From Eremomyces bilateralis CBS 781.70 (lineage: Eukaryota): a stretch of 64,000 nucleotides of DNA. Of the stretch, positions 51,040-64,000 are shown piece after piece (the first letter of the stretch is position 1; the number at the start of each line of letters is the position of its first letter). The stretch is from assembly GCA_010015585.1 (NCBI GenBank), contig ML975154.1; one strand, given 5' to 3'. The notes below the pieces were generated by a model. It was not told the origin of the DNA, did not search any database, and worked only from the letters and a program-made list of their open reading frames with translations. The position numbers were made by a program, and so were the translations under genes.

Positions 51040-52259
51040 ATGTCCAGCCCTTCACCAACTCCCGACGTTCCGCGACACCGATTGCCTACCTTGTTCGAAG
51101 TGTTGGGACGAAGAACGCTAGCACCCGTGGATCTGTATTCATTCTACATATACATGAGGGACCAGCAGAGATCAGTGGACTATTTGGACTTCTGGTGGGT
51201 TATCCTGAAAAGACGTATATTGGACTCTCACTGATGAATTTTAGGCTCGATGTCTCACAACACATGTCCCTATGTCGACATTACGTCCGGGAACTACGTC
51301 GCTCCAACCTCATTGAAACCCCCGACCTAGATAAAGCGAGCAAGCGATCGTCCGCGGGTTACGACGCAGAGGGAGATGGTGCCGGTCCGTCCACCGAAAA
51401 GCCCATGTCCGACCAGCGACTCTCCGCGTTCCTCCGTTCCGAGAGCCCAAGCAAACACTCCCCGTCAAACAGCCATGGAAGCAACACGACGAATCAGAGC
51501 GCTACGGGTGCAGAACACACCGCCAGGCCTGGGCTCACGAAGTCCACCTCGCAGTCTCCTGCAACCGGAACTGATCGCTCTCCCCCGCATGCCTCTGATT
51601 CCCCGGGGCACACTGTGACGCGACAGGATTTGCGGGCATCGGCACAGCGGATCCTGTTCGTGTATCTTCTACCTGGGTCGGACCGCGAAATCATTCTCCC
51701 CCAAGGAATCCTCAACGAAGTCACCGCTGCTATCGAGGAGAATGGCCGAGAGGATCCCGAAGTGTTCGACGCCGCGAAGGACTACGTGTTCCAAGCCATG
51801 GAACGAGACGCATTCCCTGGGTTCCTGCGGTCGAAAGCGCTTGGAAACGTCGTCCCGCCAAGTATGATGTTTAGAGCGATCGTTGGCCTGATTTCTTTGT
51901 TCGGAGCGCTATGGACAGCGTTTGTCCTTATTTTCCTGGATTATAATCGCCAAACGAGGTGTTGGGTATGTATAGATGCAAGCATCTTCCGTTGCAGGAT
52001 AACCATGTCTGACAATCCACAGCTGATCCTCCCGTTCACCATCGGCGTTTACGCGCTCGCCTCCCATCAATATATGCTCGACCCCATCCTCGCACTCGTG
52101 GGGTATAGTGAATATACATTCATGAAATTCGCCCGAGTGAACGAGCCGTTCGTTCGAAAATTACTCGTCAAAAGATCGTGGAGCGTGCTAGGAGTGGTGG
52201 TGTTGATCGATGCAGCGCTTTGCTCTCTGTTCATCTTCGTTCCGGGAAAGAGGCTATGA
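51040..52259 (+). CDS. RAX1: RGS-domain membrane protein Rax1 (bud-site/polarity landmark)
   Basis: RLPTLFEVLGRRTLAPVDLYSFYIYMRDQQRSVDYLDFW|LDV, FDAAKDYVFQAMERDAFPGFL, three C-terminal TM segments, ends FVPGKRL. Two introns. Confidence 0.9.
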
Positions 52260-52755
52260 CATAATGTACGATTTGGTTTGGGAAATGCTTTTAGCGGAAT
52301 CGGTGTTCTGCGATGGCCGAATGAAGGCGTATTGTGGGTTAACTACAACTAATGGCCATGGAGTTGTACTCGTCTGGGCTGCTGTGTGTTTATCATGGCC
52401 GTTGTTCATGCCATCCGGGATGGCACTCGTGTGATTTTACTCTATCAGCATGTCTGATCCATCTTCTTAAGTGTGGTCTTCGGTGTCGAGTTGTCGTTCT
52501 TGAACATGTCACTCAGTGCGATATCTCTAGCTGCTCCCCGGAACAGCAAGCGAATGTGTCCTGTTTTCTGTTTGCTCCGGAGTAAATAATCTTGTCATTT
52601 GCGAACTAAACCATAAGAATCATATGCAATCATCAGGACGAATCTCAGCTATCCGATCTCGAGTCATTCACAGCCCAGCTGCTTCATTTCATCCATCCCA
52701 TCTAACATTGAGGCTCAATCCCCAAACGGACGAGCATGCGGAATACCCCCGCTGC

Positions 52756-53479
52756 CTAGTAGTTCTTGGGGCAGTTCCTCCACTGGATGTGAATCTCCTG
52801 CGAGTACTGGGTGTCGCTGGCTAGATCTTGAGCATCGATCGTGATTCGTCCAGGCTTATTCCGGTTGCCGAGCAAGTTGAGGTCTGTCATCATGTTCAGG
52901 ATGGACGACGTTTGGCCGCAGGGAGACCATGCGACGACGTCGGATTCGTCGACTTTGTCCCAATAGAAGTCGTAGTCTTCGTCTTTCGGACCCGTGGGAA
53001 TGGAGACGGACGTCCGGACCTGCTTTCGAGGTTACTTAAACAGCTTATGGAGTACGCGACCGTCGTCAACTTACCCTACCACGCTCTCCCGTGAACCAAT
53101 ACGTGGTCGAGCACTTCCCAGTCTGCCCCTTCTCCAGATGCCCACTCCCACGATAGATCGAGCTCACAATCGAATACGACAGCCCCTGCGGGATGACCAG
53201 CGGCACCGACAGCGTGCACGCCTTCCGCCAGTCCTCGGGCCCCTTCCCCGGCCCCGACAGCGCGAAGAACTTCTCGAAAATCAACTGGATTTTCGTCTTG
53301 TCGGTGGACGCGGCGAACTTGACGGAGCCCGTCGGGCAGCCGTCGCCAAAGATGATCATCTTGGAGGCATCGAACTGCACGTCGCGGGGGTTGGGTTGGC
53401 CGGTGGGCTCAGTGGAGATCTGGGGGAGGGCGAGGGCGCTGCCGGCGAGGGCGAAGAGAGTAAAGAGGGTGGACTTCAT
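52756..53479 (-). CDS. Small secreted protein, DUF4360-like
   Basis: Signal peptide MKSTLFTLFALAGSALA, GDGCPTGSV, RKACTLSV...P.GLSYSI...YRG and exon 2 AWSPCG...ILNMMTDL...IHIQWRNC. One intron about 53020-53074. Confidence 0.75.
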
Positions 53480-54747
53480 GGTGAAGGGGTTTGGGTTTTC
53501 CTGGGGCTGATTAACTGACTGGAAGCTGATGCGTGTTTGGGAATCCTCTGATGTCAATTCGGGGAAGACGACTGATATAGCTAGACACGGGAGCATGTCC
53601 AGTACATGTCCTCGGGGACATCAGTCCATATTCGAAGGATCCCATGCTATCCCAAGCAGTTCCGAGTCTGTTATCGCCAATTCAGCTTCGGATACGATAG
53701 TTGAAGGCGTCCTATTAAGCCTAACTTAAGCGAGTGATACAAATTACAAATCGCCCGAACTAGGCTGGAATGTTCCGATGATCGAATGTATCCATCGCAG
53801 AAAGGCTGAAGATATATTTGCTGAATCTTACGATTGATGCATTGAAAGCTCGTATGCTATGATGTCCTGGCTTTTGACGTAGAGCGGTGGATGCATGATG
53901 GTTACAGTTGCTAGGATTCTGCTTCAGCCCTTTCCACCTGGAATGAAGAGCGGATGGCCATAATTGAGCTTGGACGTGCCATATGTATTGAGCGATATAG
54001 GTGGTCATCATGTACATCATCTTGACTGGGAATGACATGCAGAATGGTGGCGGCACCACCGTTGAGTACGGCCTGGAGATGCATTGAGACCCTCGAGACT
54101 CCAGGCATTGAAGGATATGACGCAAATATCTAATACGATAGAATCTGGAGGCGTGATGGCCAAACTATTCGATGGAGTGATATTATCCGCGAGTATGATT
54201 ATTCCAGAAGCGAGCCAGCGCCCAGAAAGTACGAATAAGTATGGTATAATTAATCTCATGTATTGGGTTGAATGTCCGTGGGTATGGGGAAATTGGGAAC
54301 ACAACAGTGAGACTCGCCGACAACTCACGTCTTCATTCATCCTGCAGGAGCTTTTCGTCTTCAGTACCACTGCGGCACATCATCCCGAGCCGTCAAGCCT
54401 GTAACCGAACGTTGTGTATTAGACCTATCATAGAAGCATCTGGCACGCTTGGCATGATCCATCCAACCCATCAATTCCGAGGAGATACTGACCCGACGGA
54501 TTTTCCCACTCCTTCATTTCAAATACCTTGGGCTGAAAAAAGACGAGAGGAGATGTCATGCATTCTCTCCCTCATTTAGACGCTGTACACAAAAAGAACG
54601 CCCCCTTCCACGCTCGGCTGTCGGAGCCAGTCGCTGCTCATCCAATTCTCGTTTCGTGTCGCCATGGCAAAGGCATATCAGTCGGTCAGCGATGTGCGAC
54701 TTATAGACGACGCCTCGTCCTAATCTCCAAACGATCCCTCAGCTCCA

Positions 54748-56784
54748 TCAGCTCTGCTGCTCGGGCTGTCTCGTGGGCTTGCTTCGTCCCGAACCGGAGG
54801 ACCTAGTCGCAGTTAGCACGCGCAGCTAAGCCCTGCAGGGGAACGTCAAACTTACATGCTGATCCGCCGGGCCATGGTCGTCATCACGGTGTCGTTCTCC
54901 GCATCCTGACTCGCCCGCTCCAGCGCCTGGTTTCTGCTCTCCGCATGGTTCTTCCGTACATCCTCCTGGCTCGGTGGGAGCCGTTCATTCTGTAGATCCA
55001 CCTTGCGCGCGTCTTCGAAGCTGTGGATCGCTTTCTTGATGCCCTCGGCGCCGAGCATGAGCGTCCCCGCGGGGAGGCGACCGCCCGAGGCAGTCTTGAG
55101 CTCGGAGACGCGCTCGGATTCTTCGCGGAGGACCTGGAAGACGCGGGAGAGGCGGCCGATGGCGAGGATCTTTTTCTTGATGGCGCGGCGTTTGTATTCG
55201 ATGGATTCGGGGTCGGGAGAGCCGAGAGGGGGAGACGAGGGGCCGGAGGCGATGGAAGGGGTTTCGTCTTCGAGTTCTTCTTTCGAGCAGGTGTTGAGGA
55301 TGGCGATGAGCATGTCGGTGACTAAAGATATTAGTGATGGGGCGTGTTACAATGGATAAGATACGTACTCTTCTCTCCTACGAACGGGAGTGACCACGTG
55401 AAGACGTCCATGAAGTTTGGAAGCCAATACGGATGAGGTGTGCAATCTACAGCTCGGTCAGCGATGCTAAATGAATCTAGGGAGATCGGACATACTGAAT
55501 TGTCTGATGTTCATGACGTTGTTCTCATACTTCAAGACCGCCGCCTTGTTGTTGTAGACATCCAGATAATTCGGCGCGCTGAAGATTGTCATGACGCTAG
55601 GGAAGCCAGTCGTCCTCGTCTTGCGATACATACGATACCCGGCATCCTGGGCCTCGTGCGCGCGAATGATCGACAGCAAGCCGTTCTTTTCCAAAAACGC
55701 ACAGGCCGCCGGGTATGAGAAGAAGTAGGAGCACCCACGGACGTGGTTGTGGATGAAAAATTCGGCCGTCTTCTCTTGTCCAAATTCTTCGAGCGGATCG
55801 GCCCATAATATGTCGCACATGAGTCCCTGGGTTGGTGGCTCGCGGAATCGGTCAATCTGGTCTGGTTAGCAAGGTCATTGGTGAGATGGTCGCAAAACAT
55901 ACGCTCTTCAGATCTTCGAGGGTATGCAGCTCCGGGCTCAATCCACCGTGGATGCAGAGGAATTGCTTGTTCATCACCGCGGCGAGCGGTAACGCGCAGA
56001 ATGACTTCATGCATGCCTCGTAAACATCCTCGGAGTATTTGTGCTTGCACTCGAGCTTGAACGTGAAGTAATCGGTGAGATGCCGGCATTCGTGATTCCC
56101 TCGGAGTAGCCAGAGGGTATTCGGGTACCAGATCTTTAGAGACCACAGATACAAAACACACTGACGGATTAGTTACAACGACTAGGCGTGGGGACCTGTC
56201 CCGCTTACCTCTATGCTGAAATACCCTCGATCGACATAGTCGCCCAGGAACAGGTATCGCGTATCCGCGGGGTCACCACCGACTTCGAACAGCTTCATCA
56301 AATCGTAGTACTGGCCATGGACGTCGCCGCATACAGTGATGGGCGCGTCCATCTCCAGCATATTAGGTTCTTGCTCCAGTATCTCCGTCCCCTTGTTGAT
56401 GATCCATAATGCCTGCTCTTCGGTCAAGCGACCTTCGCGGTAGAAGTGCTGCTTGAGGAATTGGATGTTCGGTTTTTCCGGGTCATCGGGCGAGAAGAAT
56501 TGCTCGGGCGTCGGGGGGTGGAAAGCGGGTGCTTGAACGTCTGCAAAAAAAAGGGTCAACGTCATGCCTTCTCTCACGATGCGCCGTGTTCGTGCTCATC
56601 GCATATCCCAACCGGTCTCTGATAGCCTACCTTTGCAGACGCGCTCGAGGGTGCTCACTTGCTCGCCATCTTCCATGGTATGGAGAGTGAAATCGATCTC
56701 GGGCGCCGGCTTCTTATTGTGGACGGCGCGCAGAGCGGTGTCAATGTATTGACTCTGATCGAAGTTCTTGTTATTCGGATCCAT
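54748..56784 (-). CDS. cnaA: Calcineurin catalytic subunit A (PP2B)
   Basis: [68 protein letters not shown], CaM-binding [18 protein letters not shown] and autoinhibitory [17 protein letters not shown]. Multiple introns. Confidence 0.97.
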
Positions 56785-58964
56785 CTCGGGCGATTATTTG
56801 CGAGTGTCGAGTGAGTGTCGGGGAATTTCCAGTTTAGAGAAGGCTGTTCTGCCTGTGAGGACAGAAGAATCGCGAACGGCGAATGTGGCGATTTCGGCTG
56901 TCGTGATCTCACGGATCGCTTGGCGGGGTGAAAAAGGCGAGGGACAATGACGATCCAACGATAGTTGAAGACAATGATCAGCGTCGCGAGGTTCCTGGGT
57001 ACTTGCAGGAGTATGGGGTTTTCAAGGAGAGAGAGGCTCGACACCGGTCAAAGATGGAGGGAGGTTGAGGTATCCGGGCGAGGGGTAAGAATAGACTGGA
57101 GTGCGGTCTGGTATTGGGAGGCTAGGCTACCACTAAACGGGTGAGAGCAGAGATACTCGACGTTAAAGCCCCTGACAAACTCGTTTGAGATGCTTAATGT
57201 AATTCTTTGGATATTCGACCATGTATATGCTGTGTTGTCTATCGCGCAAGTCTTAGGCATCAGATGAATCGTGGGGTTTCTGGAGCTGAAAGAGCGATCT
57301 GATTTTGCAATTTTGGATCCGCTCCCCCAAGCTTTCGCCTGTCATAGAGGATGTGCCCACACCATCACACGTGTGATTACCTACCTCAGTAGCTACCTTA
57401 CCTAGTTAATAATACGACATGAACCTTACGAGCGTTGCGGTGCTGCCTATTGGAGCCTCAATTCCGACCCCAACTCAGGGAGTTCAGCCGTCAGCCTCAA
57501 ATTCTCAAGTATTCCCGGGGCATTATAGAATCCCTATCCACTTTAAGGTCGGATCCAGGGACTGCAGTATCGAGTGACTGGAGAATAGAGATCCCATGGA
57601 CTATTCGTCGGAACTCTGTTGTGGAGCTTAGAATGTGGGTTAGTGCATCGTGGTACCAGTAACCAGGAACAGGAAGTTCCATTGCGGAGTATGGCTGAAT
57701 GGCGAATGATAATGACGGGTAATTTAGAAGTTAGACCGAATTTATCTTGCATAATAATCAGTAATGATCCTATCGTTCTCAATGGTACAAACAGGGGGCC
57801 AATGGTTATTTATATCTGCTCCGTATATTCTGATGATAAGCTCGGTGGAGTGGACATTTGACATGAGGGGACTTGGAGCTACCAATTGATCTCCCCACCG
57901 AAGACGGTATTTCTCAAGGACGGAATAAGGTTGCGCAGTTGGACATTTTGGCCGTACTAATGGCCTTCTTCGATGAAATAGTTATGTCATACTCGTAAGT
58001 TCCTGCAAGTAATCCGCGGGTATTATCAGAACAAACATTTCGACCGATCGGTAACAAGAGTTCGCGAGTGTCAGCGAAAATGTGGACGAGATAGTGATGT
58101 TGGCTTTCTGTTCGCCAAGGAACAGCCGAATCAGGGGCAGAACTTGATGGAGTTTTAGATCTACTATCTTCGATGTCTCGATGGTGTGGAAAAAGAGGAA
58201 GCCAGGCTGCTGAAGGAGTTGGATAAGGCTCGGGAGAAGTCGGACGAGGAAGCTAGAAGTTCCTCCATTCCTGGGCGAAGTTAGAATCTCAAAGACGCAG
58301 ATTATAGGGCTCATGGCTCTAGAACTTGAGCCTGAGATTTGTCATGACACGAAATGGATGTTATCGGACTGCCTATGCAAGTGAACTGTTCAGCATGAGT
58401 GTATTGCCTCACTAACAGTATGGGGAAAGCTTCCATGGGCCGCATATGGGGCAATCGATAGATTGGCATTCTTGATCACTTGTGTCAAGTGACTGGTCAA
58501 ACTGATTCTGAGGTAGTAATAGTAGATACGGGCCTAACTAGACTACTGGAGGAGTACCTAATAAGTAATAACGGACCCCAGAGAGGGAGTTTAATGTTTA
58601 TGATTTCATGTTAACTAGTTATCAGTTGGTTGAGCTTACCATAGTAACTAAGTTAACTTAGTAGTAAGTTAGTTGGTCAAACTTCAGATTAAGCTTTGGA
58701 GCGGGCACAGGAAGTGGGGCTACCTACCCCAGAATTGAACTGAAGAAATATCACAGCATTTGAGCTGAGCTCAAAAATTGGCCGAACTTCGCAATCCACC
58801 ATCTCTCCCTCCCAACAATTGCCTTCCACAACATCATCCTATTGTATTTATCAAGGTATATACTATCTTGGAAACGATCCAATTGTCTCGTCTTTAACCA
58901 TCACACTACTTCTTGCTACAAGAACATCGCCGTTTAGCTTGTCACTTCCCCTCATCAACCCAGG

Positions 58965-60084
58965 ATGGATATCGACCAACCCCAACCAACCGTATTTTAC
59001 GAAGAGCTTAGTGAGCTTGAACATGAATTCGATGTCGCAGATCTCGAGATAAGTAAGATAACACTCTGTCCATATCCCACCCACACTCTGTCCCTAACCA
59101 CCCTCGCCAGTTCGCAAGCAATGGGAGCTCAACGCGCCCCTATACGCCAAGCGCGAAGCCCTCATCTCCAAGATCCCCAACTTCTGGGCCCTCGTCTTCG
59201 AGCAATCGCCCCCCGAATTCGACCAGTTCATCCAGCCCTCCGACTCCGAACTCTTCGCCGACTGCCTCCGCTCTCTCGCCGTCGACCGCTTCGAGCTTGC
59301 CGACTCCCCCCGCAGCATCAGCGTCAAGTTCACCTTCGCCCCGAACCAGTGGTTCGACGATGAGGTGCTTGAGAAGAAGTTCTGGTTCCGCCGCGCTCGC
59401 GACGGATGGACCGGCCTCGTCTCCGAACCCGTTAAGATCCACTGGAAGAAAGGGAAGGACCTTACCAAGGGGCTGACGGACGCTGCGGCGCAGGTGTTCG
59501 AGCGCGAGCGCAACCTGCTGGGCTCCTCGAACGGGGCGGGCGACGCGCCGCGCGAACCGTCGGCGGACTACGTGACGCTCGCGAAGAAACTGGAGTCAAA
59601 CGAGGATGGAATCGGGAGCTTCTTCACGTTCTTCGGGTTCGTGTCGGAGAAGCAGTACGTGAGCGCGGAGGAGTCGGCGGCGGCGAATCGGGCGGAGGAT
59701 GACCGGAGGAAGGCGAGGAAGGAGGAGGGGAAGGGCGAGGAGGAGCCGGAGGAGGATCTGGAGGATACGCGGCAGGATGTGGAGATTTGCCCGCATGGAG
59801 GCGACATCGCGGCCCTCCTTGCCGAGGATATCTGGGCGAATGCGGTCAAGTACTTCAGTAAGTGCCATTGAATCCGAGTGAATTACCGCGAAACCGGTTT
59901 AACGCTCGCCACAGCTTCAGCGCAGGAAATGGACGACGAAGAGCTGTCGGATATGGAATTCGAGGAGGGAGATTGGGACGTGAGCGACGAAGAAATCGAC
60001 ATTCGCGCGTTGGTCAAGGGCAAAAGGAAGGAGAAGAACGGCACTCCCGAGAGCGGCCCTCCTTCGAAGACCCAGAAGAGATAA
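58965..60084 (+). CDS. Nucleosome assembly protein (NAP/SET/Vps75-like) family histone chaperone
   Basis: PLYAKREALISKIPNFWALVFEQ, ISVKFTFAPNQWF...LEKKFW, SEPVKIHWKKGKDLT and SFFTFF, with an acidic tail and C-terminal NLS-like basic clusters. Two introns. Confidence 0.85.
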
Positions 60085-60751
60085 TCCCTCGTTCTACCAT
60101 TACCGCGATACCCTTTTCTTAGAATAAATGTCGGGAATACCAGTCGTGGATGATGAAACTTAAGAGTTCTAGAAGCTGTAATGTTGGGGATCTTGGCCAC
60201 TGGACAAGGATCCAAGTATTACAGGTACTTTCCACAATGGTGGCTTCGCAATAGGAGTTCAAAAGCATGAGGTACTTAGTTTCAGAAATCGATCCATTCT
60301 CTTTGGGCCATGACAATCGCTTTAGTCGTTGGAGGGTGAGTCCAAGGATCCGTTTCTAAAGACACTACAGGTACGGTATGTTCCTCCTAATGTCAAACCT
60401 CAAAATCATGCATGCTTTTCTCAACAAATGCATCAAATATTCCGTCGGGTTCACCTACGCCAGTCCTCGTCCCGCCGAGCACTAGGTATTACATTAAATC
60501 TTACCCGAAGACAATTGATCGCATAGCATCAGTTTGCAGCGCGTTGAAACAAGAGAATTACCTATCCAACTGGGGAGGCTAGAAGCGGCTGACATCTGGG
60601 GCAGTGCTGCAGTCGGTGAGTCTTCTATCGTCTTCTTCGTCTTCATCTTCATCTCCTAAAAGTTTCTTGCAATGACAATAACACGGTACTGGTATCTGTT
60701 AGAATAGTGTAAAGCTGCCTCCAAAAGGTAAACTTCCAATCCCCAAATCGA

Positions 60752-61984
60752 ATGGATACCATCCCTTCCACTCCACCACCCTGTCTCGTCGATGATAGGC
60801 GCTCCATCGTAGAGATCATAGTCAAGTATTTTGTCGTCCATCTCACCACCATTGCCGCGTTCGCCCATTCTCCGTCAAGAGGCCGTGGTCGGATGGAAAC
60901 TGGTCTACTACGTCCTTGCGCCCGGGCATTTCTCTTTCAGCATATCGCGGGCCTTGCTGCCATCGTTGCCATCGCGCTCTACAATGCTTTTCTACCCCGA
61001 CATCAGCGAACCGATGTCTGGGAAGTGGTGCATTGCCTATTTGGGATCGTGGACGATGATTCCCATGACGACCGACATGCCGACGATGGTCAACGGTTCT
61101 GGAAACGATTCGGAGAGCCGCTGCTGGCAATCGGCTTCTTGACGCAATGCTCGAGTAGCGTCTATCTGTATTCGCGTCGGCTCGCGTTCGCCCCCGACTC
61201 GTTGACGATTGCGGATCAGAAAGTGTTTGAGCTCGCGAGCAGCGGGCTTTTTGCGGGTTTTACGTGGCTGGCGTTGAAGGCCAACTTGAAGCCGTTCTCA
61301 GGAGCCGTACCCTGGAGGTTCCTGGACTGGACGCATGAATTTTAGGCAGGCATCACAGACAGTATCCTGCGCCTACACCATCGTCGGTTCTGACGAAACT
61401 GGAAGTCCTGGTCTGTTTGGCTCGTGACATGAGCATCGTATCACGGCTCCAATATCAAATTGGCCCCTACTCCGCCTTCCACATGATGTCCTTCATGAAT
61501 CATCTGTTCGTTACTCTGATATTGGCCTCCGCAACAGACCAGATCACCTATCTCGGATGGACCGAAAAGGCATATTGGTCATCATTGGCTACCTCTTACT
61601 TGCTGCACTTGTGTTCTACGTACTTTTCATATTCTGTTTGTTCGTCCCAATGACCGCTTTGGCTGAGTACCAAGGGCAAGTTAAGAACAACGGCACTAGG
61701 ACGTACGACAAGTCCCAGCAGCATCAAATTCGACCCGGCGATCAGCCAAAGTCTTACTTTTGGTACTTTGGAAACATTCTCAAATCCCTGTTTCCCAGGC
61801 ACTCGCCCTTTTACATCACTCTGACCGTCGTGAATGCGTTGGCACTTGCAGCTTCGGGGATATATGCCGGAGACTTCTAATCGTCGGGACTCAGCTTCGA
61901 GAATTAGCATCGTGGCCGGAGAATACGACCTGTCCATTGCTCTGGAGCGATAAAGCTGCAAATTGGGTATGGGCATTAGCATGA
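60752..61984 (+). pseudogene. Frameshifted multi-pass membrane protein gene (probable pseudogene)
   Basis: Hydrophobic coding-like segments continue across all three + frames (60752-61345, about 61365-61560, 61557-61880, to 61984 ending WPENTTCPLLWSDKAANWVWALA*). I see no convincing introns at the junctions. Confidence 0.55.
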
Positions 61985-62443
61985 ATCGAAGTCGTCAATA
62001 TCTTCTTATCCAAACCATCAGCGAGCCAAGAATTGATTGAGCATGCTGCCTCGCGGACGTCCCTAAACTTCGTGACCTTTGCGCAGTCAATGTGTGAATT
62101 CTGTATACATGATTCAGCAGGTATTTGATATTTCCCATTTGATGAGAATCGTAGGATGCGAATAGAAGAATCAATCGGGAAATTAACAAATGTTGATGGA
62201 CGTCAGTGTGACCAGTGGCGACCCACAGGGGGGAATCGCCTCTATCCGCTCGACTTCCATAAGGCCGAACACGAACACCATCAACTACGTTTAACCTCTT
62301 CACCACGCGCAGCATTCAACGAAATATTTCGTGCGAGTCGGCATTCCCACCACCTGCTCAATTATATATCATGAATTGGTGAATCTCTTTAAACATGTGA
62401 ATAGAGAGTATTGCAGTTTTTTATTCCGCTCCAAACGCTTCTA

Positions 62444-64000
62444 ATGGCGTCGAAACCATGCCAAAACCTGCTGCTCAGCAGCCGGTTCAGTCGACCAAGC
62501 TCCGTCTTGTCTCATAGACAGCCTATACGGTTGACGTCTCGATGTCCACGCCGATACTACTCCGATGGCTCCGACGAGAAACCGGATTTCAAGGGTCAAT
62601 TGTACGAGAGCACCGCTCTCCGCGTCAAGAGAGAAAAGGCGCAACAACAGCGTCATGCGGAGATGCGCGTGCAGCAAGCGTCTGAGAAAGCCGCAACCTC
62701 CCCATGGCAGTACGGGCTCCTAATTACGTTATGTACGTACCGACCGAAAACCCTCAAATGCCACCCCTTGCTCCAGAATATTTGCTAATTCCTGTGATAG
62801 TCACCCTCGCCGGCCTCGGTTTTGGGTATAACTATGGCAGCACCTCCAATCCTCCGAACTCCGACTCCTCGACCTTACCGCTCTCCGAAACGCGCCCTCC
62901 TGATTTGAATACTGATGCCACCTCCCTCCAAGCGGCCTGGGCTGAGATACGCAGCATCGTCGGCCCCGAACACATCTCCACCGACCATGACGACATCATA
63001 GCCCATGCCGGCTCGTACTGGTCTTCGCACAAACCCGAGGACCCCAATGCCGACAATCCGTTCATGATCGTGCGTCCAGCGTCCACCGAAGAAGTCTCCG
63101 CGATCATGAAGGTCTGCCATGCGCGTCGTATTCCGGTCACCGCATACTCCGGCGGCACGTCGTTGGAAGGACACTTCGCCGCGACGCGGGGCGGCGTCAC
63201 GGTGGACTTCATCCGTATGGACAAAATCCTAGCGTTGAATAAGGAGGATTTGGACGTGGTGGTGCAACCGGCCGTGGGCTGGGAAGCGCTGAATGACGTT
63301 ATCGGAGACGACGGATTAATGTTCCCACCCGATCCCGGTCCAGGCGCCATGATAGGCGGGATGGTCGGGACGGGGTGTTCGGGCACCAACGCATATAGAT
63401 ATGGAACTATGAGGGAATGGGTCTTAAGCTTGACCGTCGTCCTGGCCGACGGCACCATCGTGAAGACGAGGCAACGCCCACGGAAGAGCTCGGCCGGCTA
63501 CGATCTGACCAAGCTTTTTATTGGAAGCGAAGGAACGCTGGGTCTGGTTACCGAAGCAACGTTGAAGTTGACCGTCAAGCCACAGAACACCAGCGTCGCT
63601 GTCTGCAGTTTCGGAAGCGTGCGACAAGCTGCCGACTGCGTGTTCAGCGTGGTCGGTGCGGGCGTTCCCATTGCTGCGATCGAGATCCTCGACGACGAGC
63701 AGATGAAGTGTATAAACGACGCCGGAATGACGTCGAGGCAGTGGAAAGAGGCGCCGACGCTGTTCTTCAAGTTTGCGGGAACGTCATCCTCGGTCAAAGA
63801 GCATATCGCTATCGTACAGAAATTGGCGAAATCGACCGGCAGCAAGTCATTCGAGTTCGCCAAGAATGACGATGAGGCGAATGAGCTTTGGAGTGCAAGA
63901 AAGGAGGCTTTGTGGAGTGTGGTAGCAAAGAAGCGAAGCCTGGACGATCGAGTGTGGACGACGGACGTTGCGGTCCCGATCAGCAAACTAGCGACGATCA
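62444..64000 (+). CDS. DLD1: Mitochondrial D-lactate dehydrogenase (cytochrome), FAD-binding PCMH family; 3' end lies beyond the window
   Basis: Presequence-like exon 1, intron about 62733-62800, then PASTEEVSAIMK...AYSGGTSLEGHF, FPPDPGPGAMIGGMVGTGCSGTNAYRYG, RKSSAGYDLTKLFIGSEGTLGLVTE and TTDVAVP. The frame is open to the window edge. Confidence 0.93.

Noticed and set aside
53760..54600. Overlapping 100-120 aa ORFs downstream of calcineurin
   Set aside because: No recognizable domain, codon bias or exon structure.
57435..58314. Short minus-strand ORFs with a few splice-like signals between calcineurin and NAP
   Set aside because: I could not join them into a coherent gene and recognise no motif. 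At most a very decayed pseudogene.

Overview
Gene-dense genomic DNA from a filamentous ascomycete (Pezizomycotina), judged from GT-AG introns with CTRAC/CTAAY branch sites and fungal gene families; the species cannot be determined from the sequence. I reconstructed about 23 spliced protein-coding genes by hand. In order: BOI-type SH3/SAM/PH scaffold, hotdog thioesterase, ICln/LOT5, EngB-like GTPase, WDR83/MORG1, L-xylulose-reductase-type SDR, a large single-TM orphan, a chromodomain/coiled-coil protein, SNF2-RING helicase, AP-1 mu, a hypothetical protein, NOB1, NOP10, VPS54, mitoribosomal bL19m, nmrA, ENA-type Na+/K+ ATPase, RAX1-type RGS protein, a DUF4360-like secreted protein, calcineurin A, a NAP-family chaperone and D-lactate dehydrogenase (runs off the right edge). 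Most of the window is ordinary housekeeping sequence and I found no clear multi-gene novel system. The best leads are (1) a compact multi-stem candidate structured RNA inside the unusually long last intron of AP-1 mu, (2) two apparent RIP-mutated coding relics, one with a PD-(D/E)XK/Uma2-like nuclease signature, (3) a multiply frameshifted membrane-protein pseudogene, (4) a GC-AG intron, (5) a loop-deleted chromodomain, (6) a GATA cluster upstream of nmrA and (7) a recurring C-rich to G-rich switch inside genes. All family assignments come from motif recognition, not database searches, and exon boundaries were read by eye.
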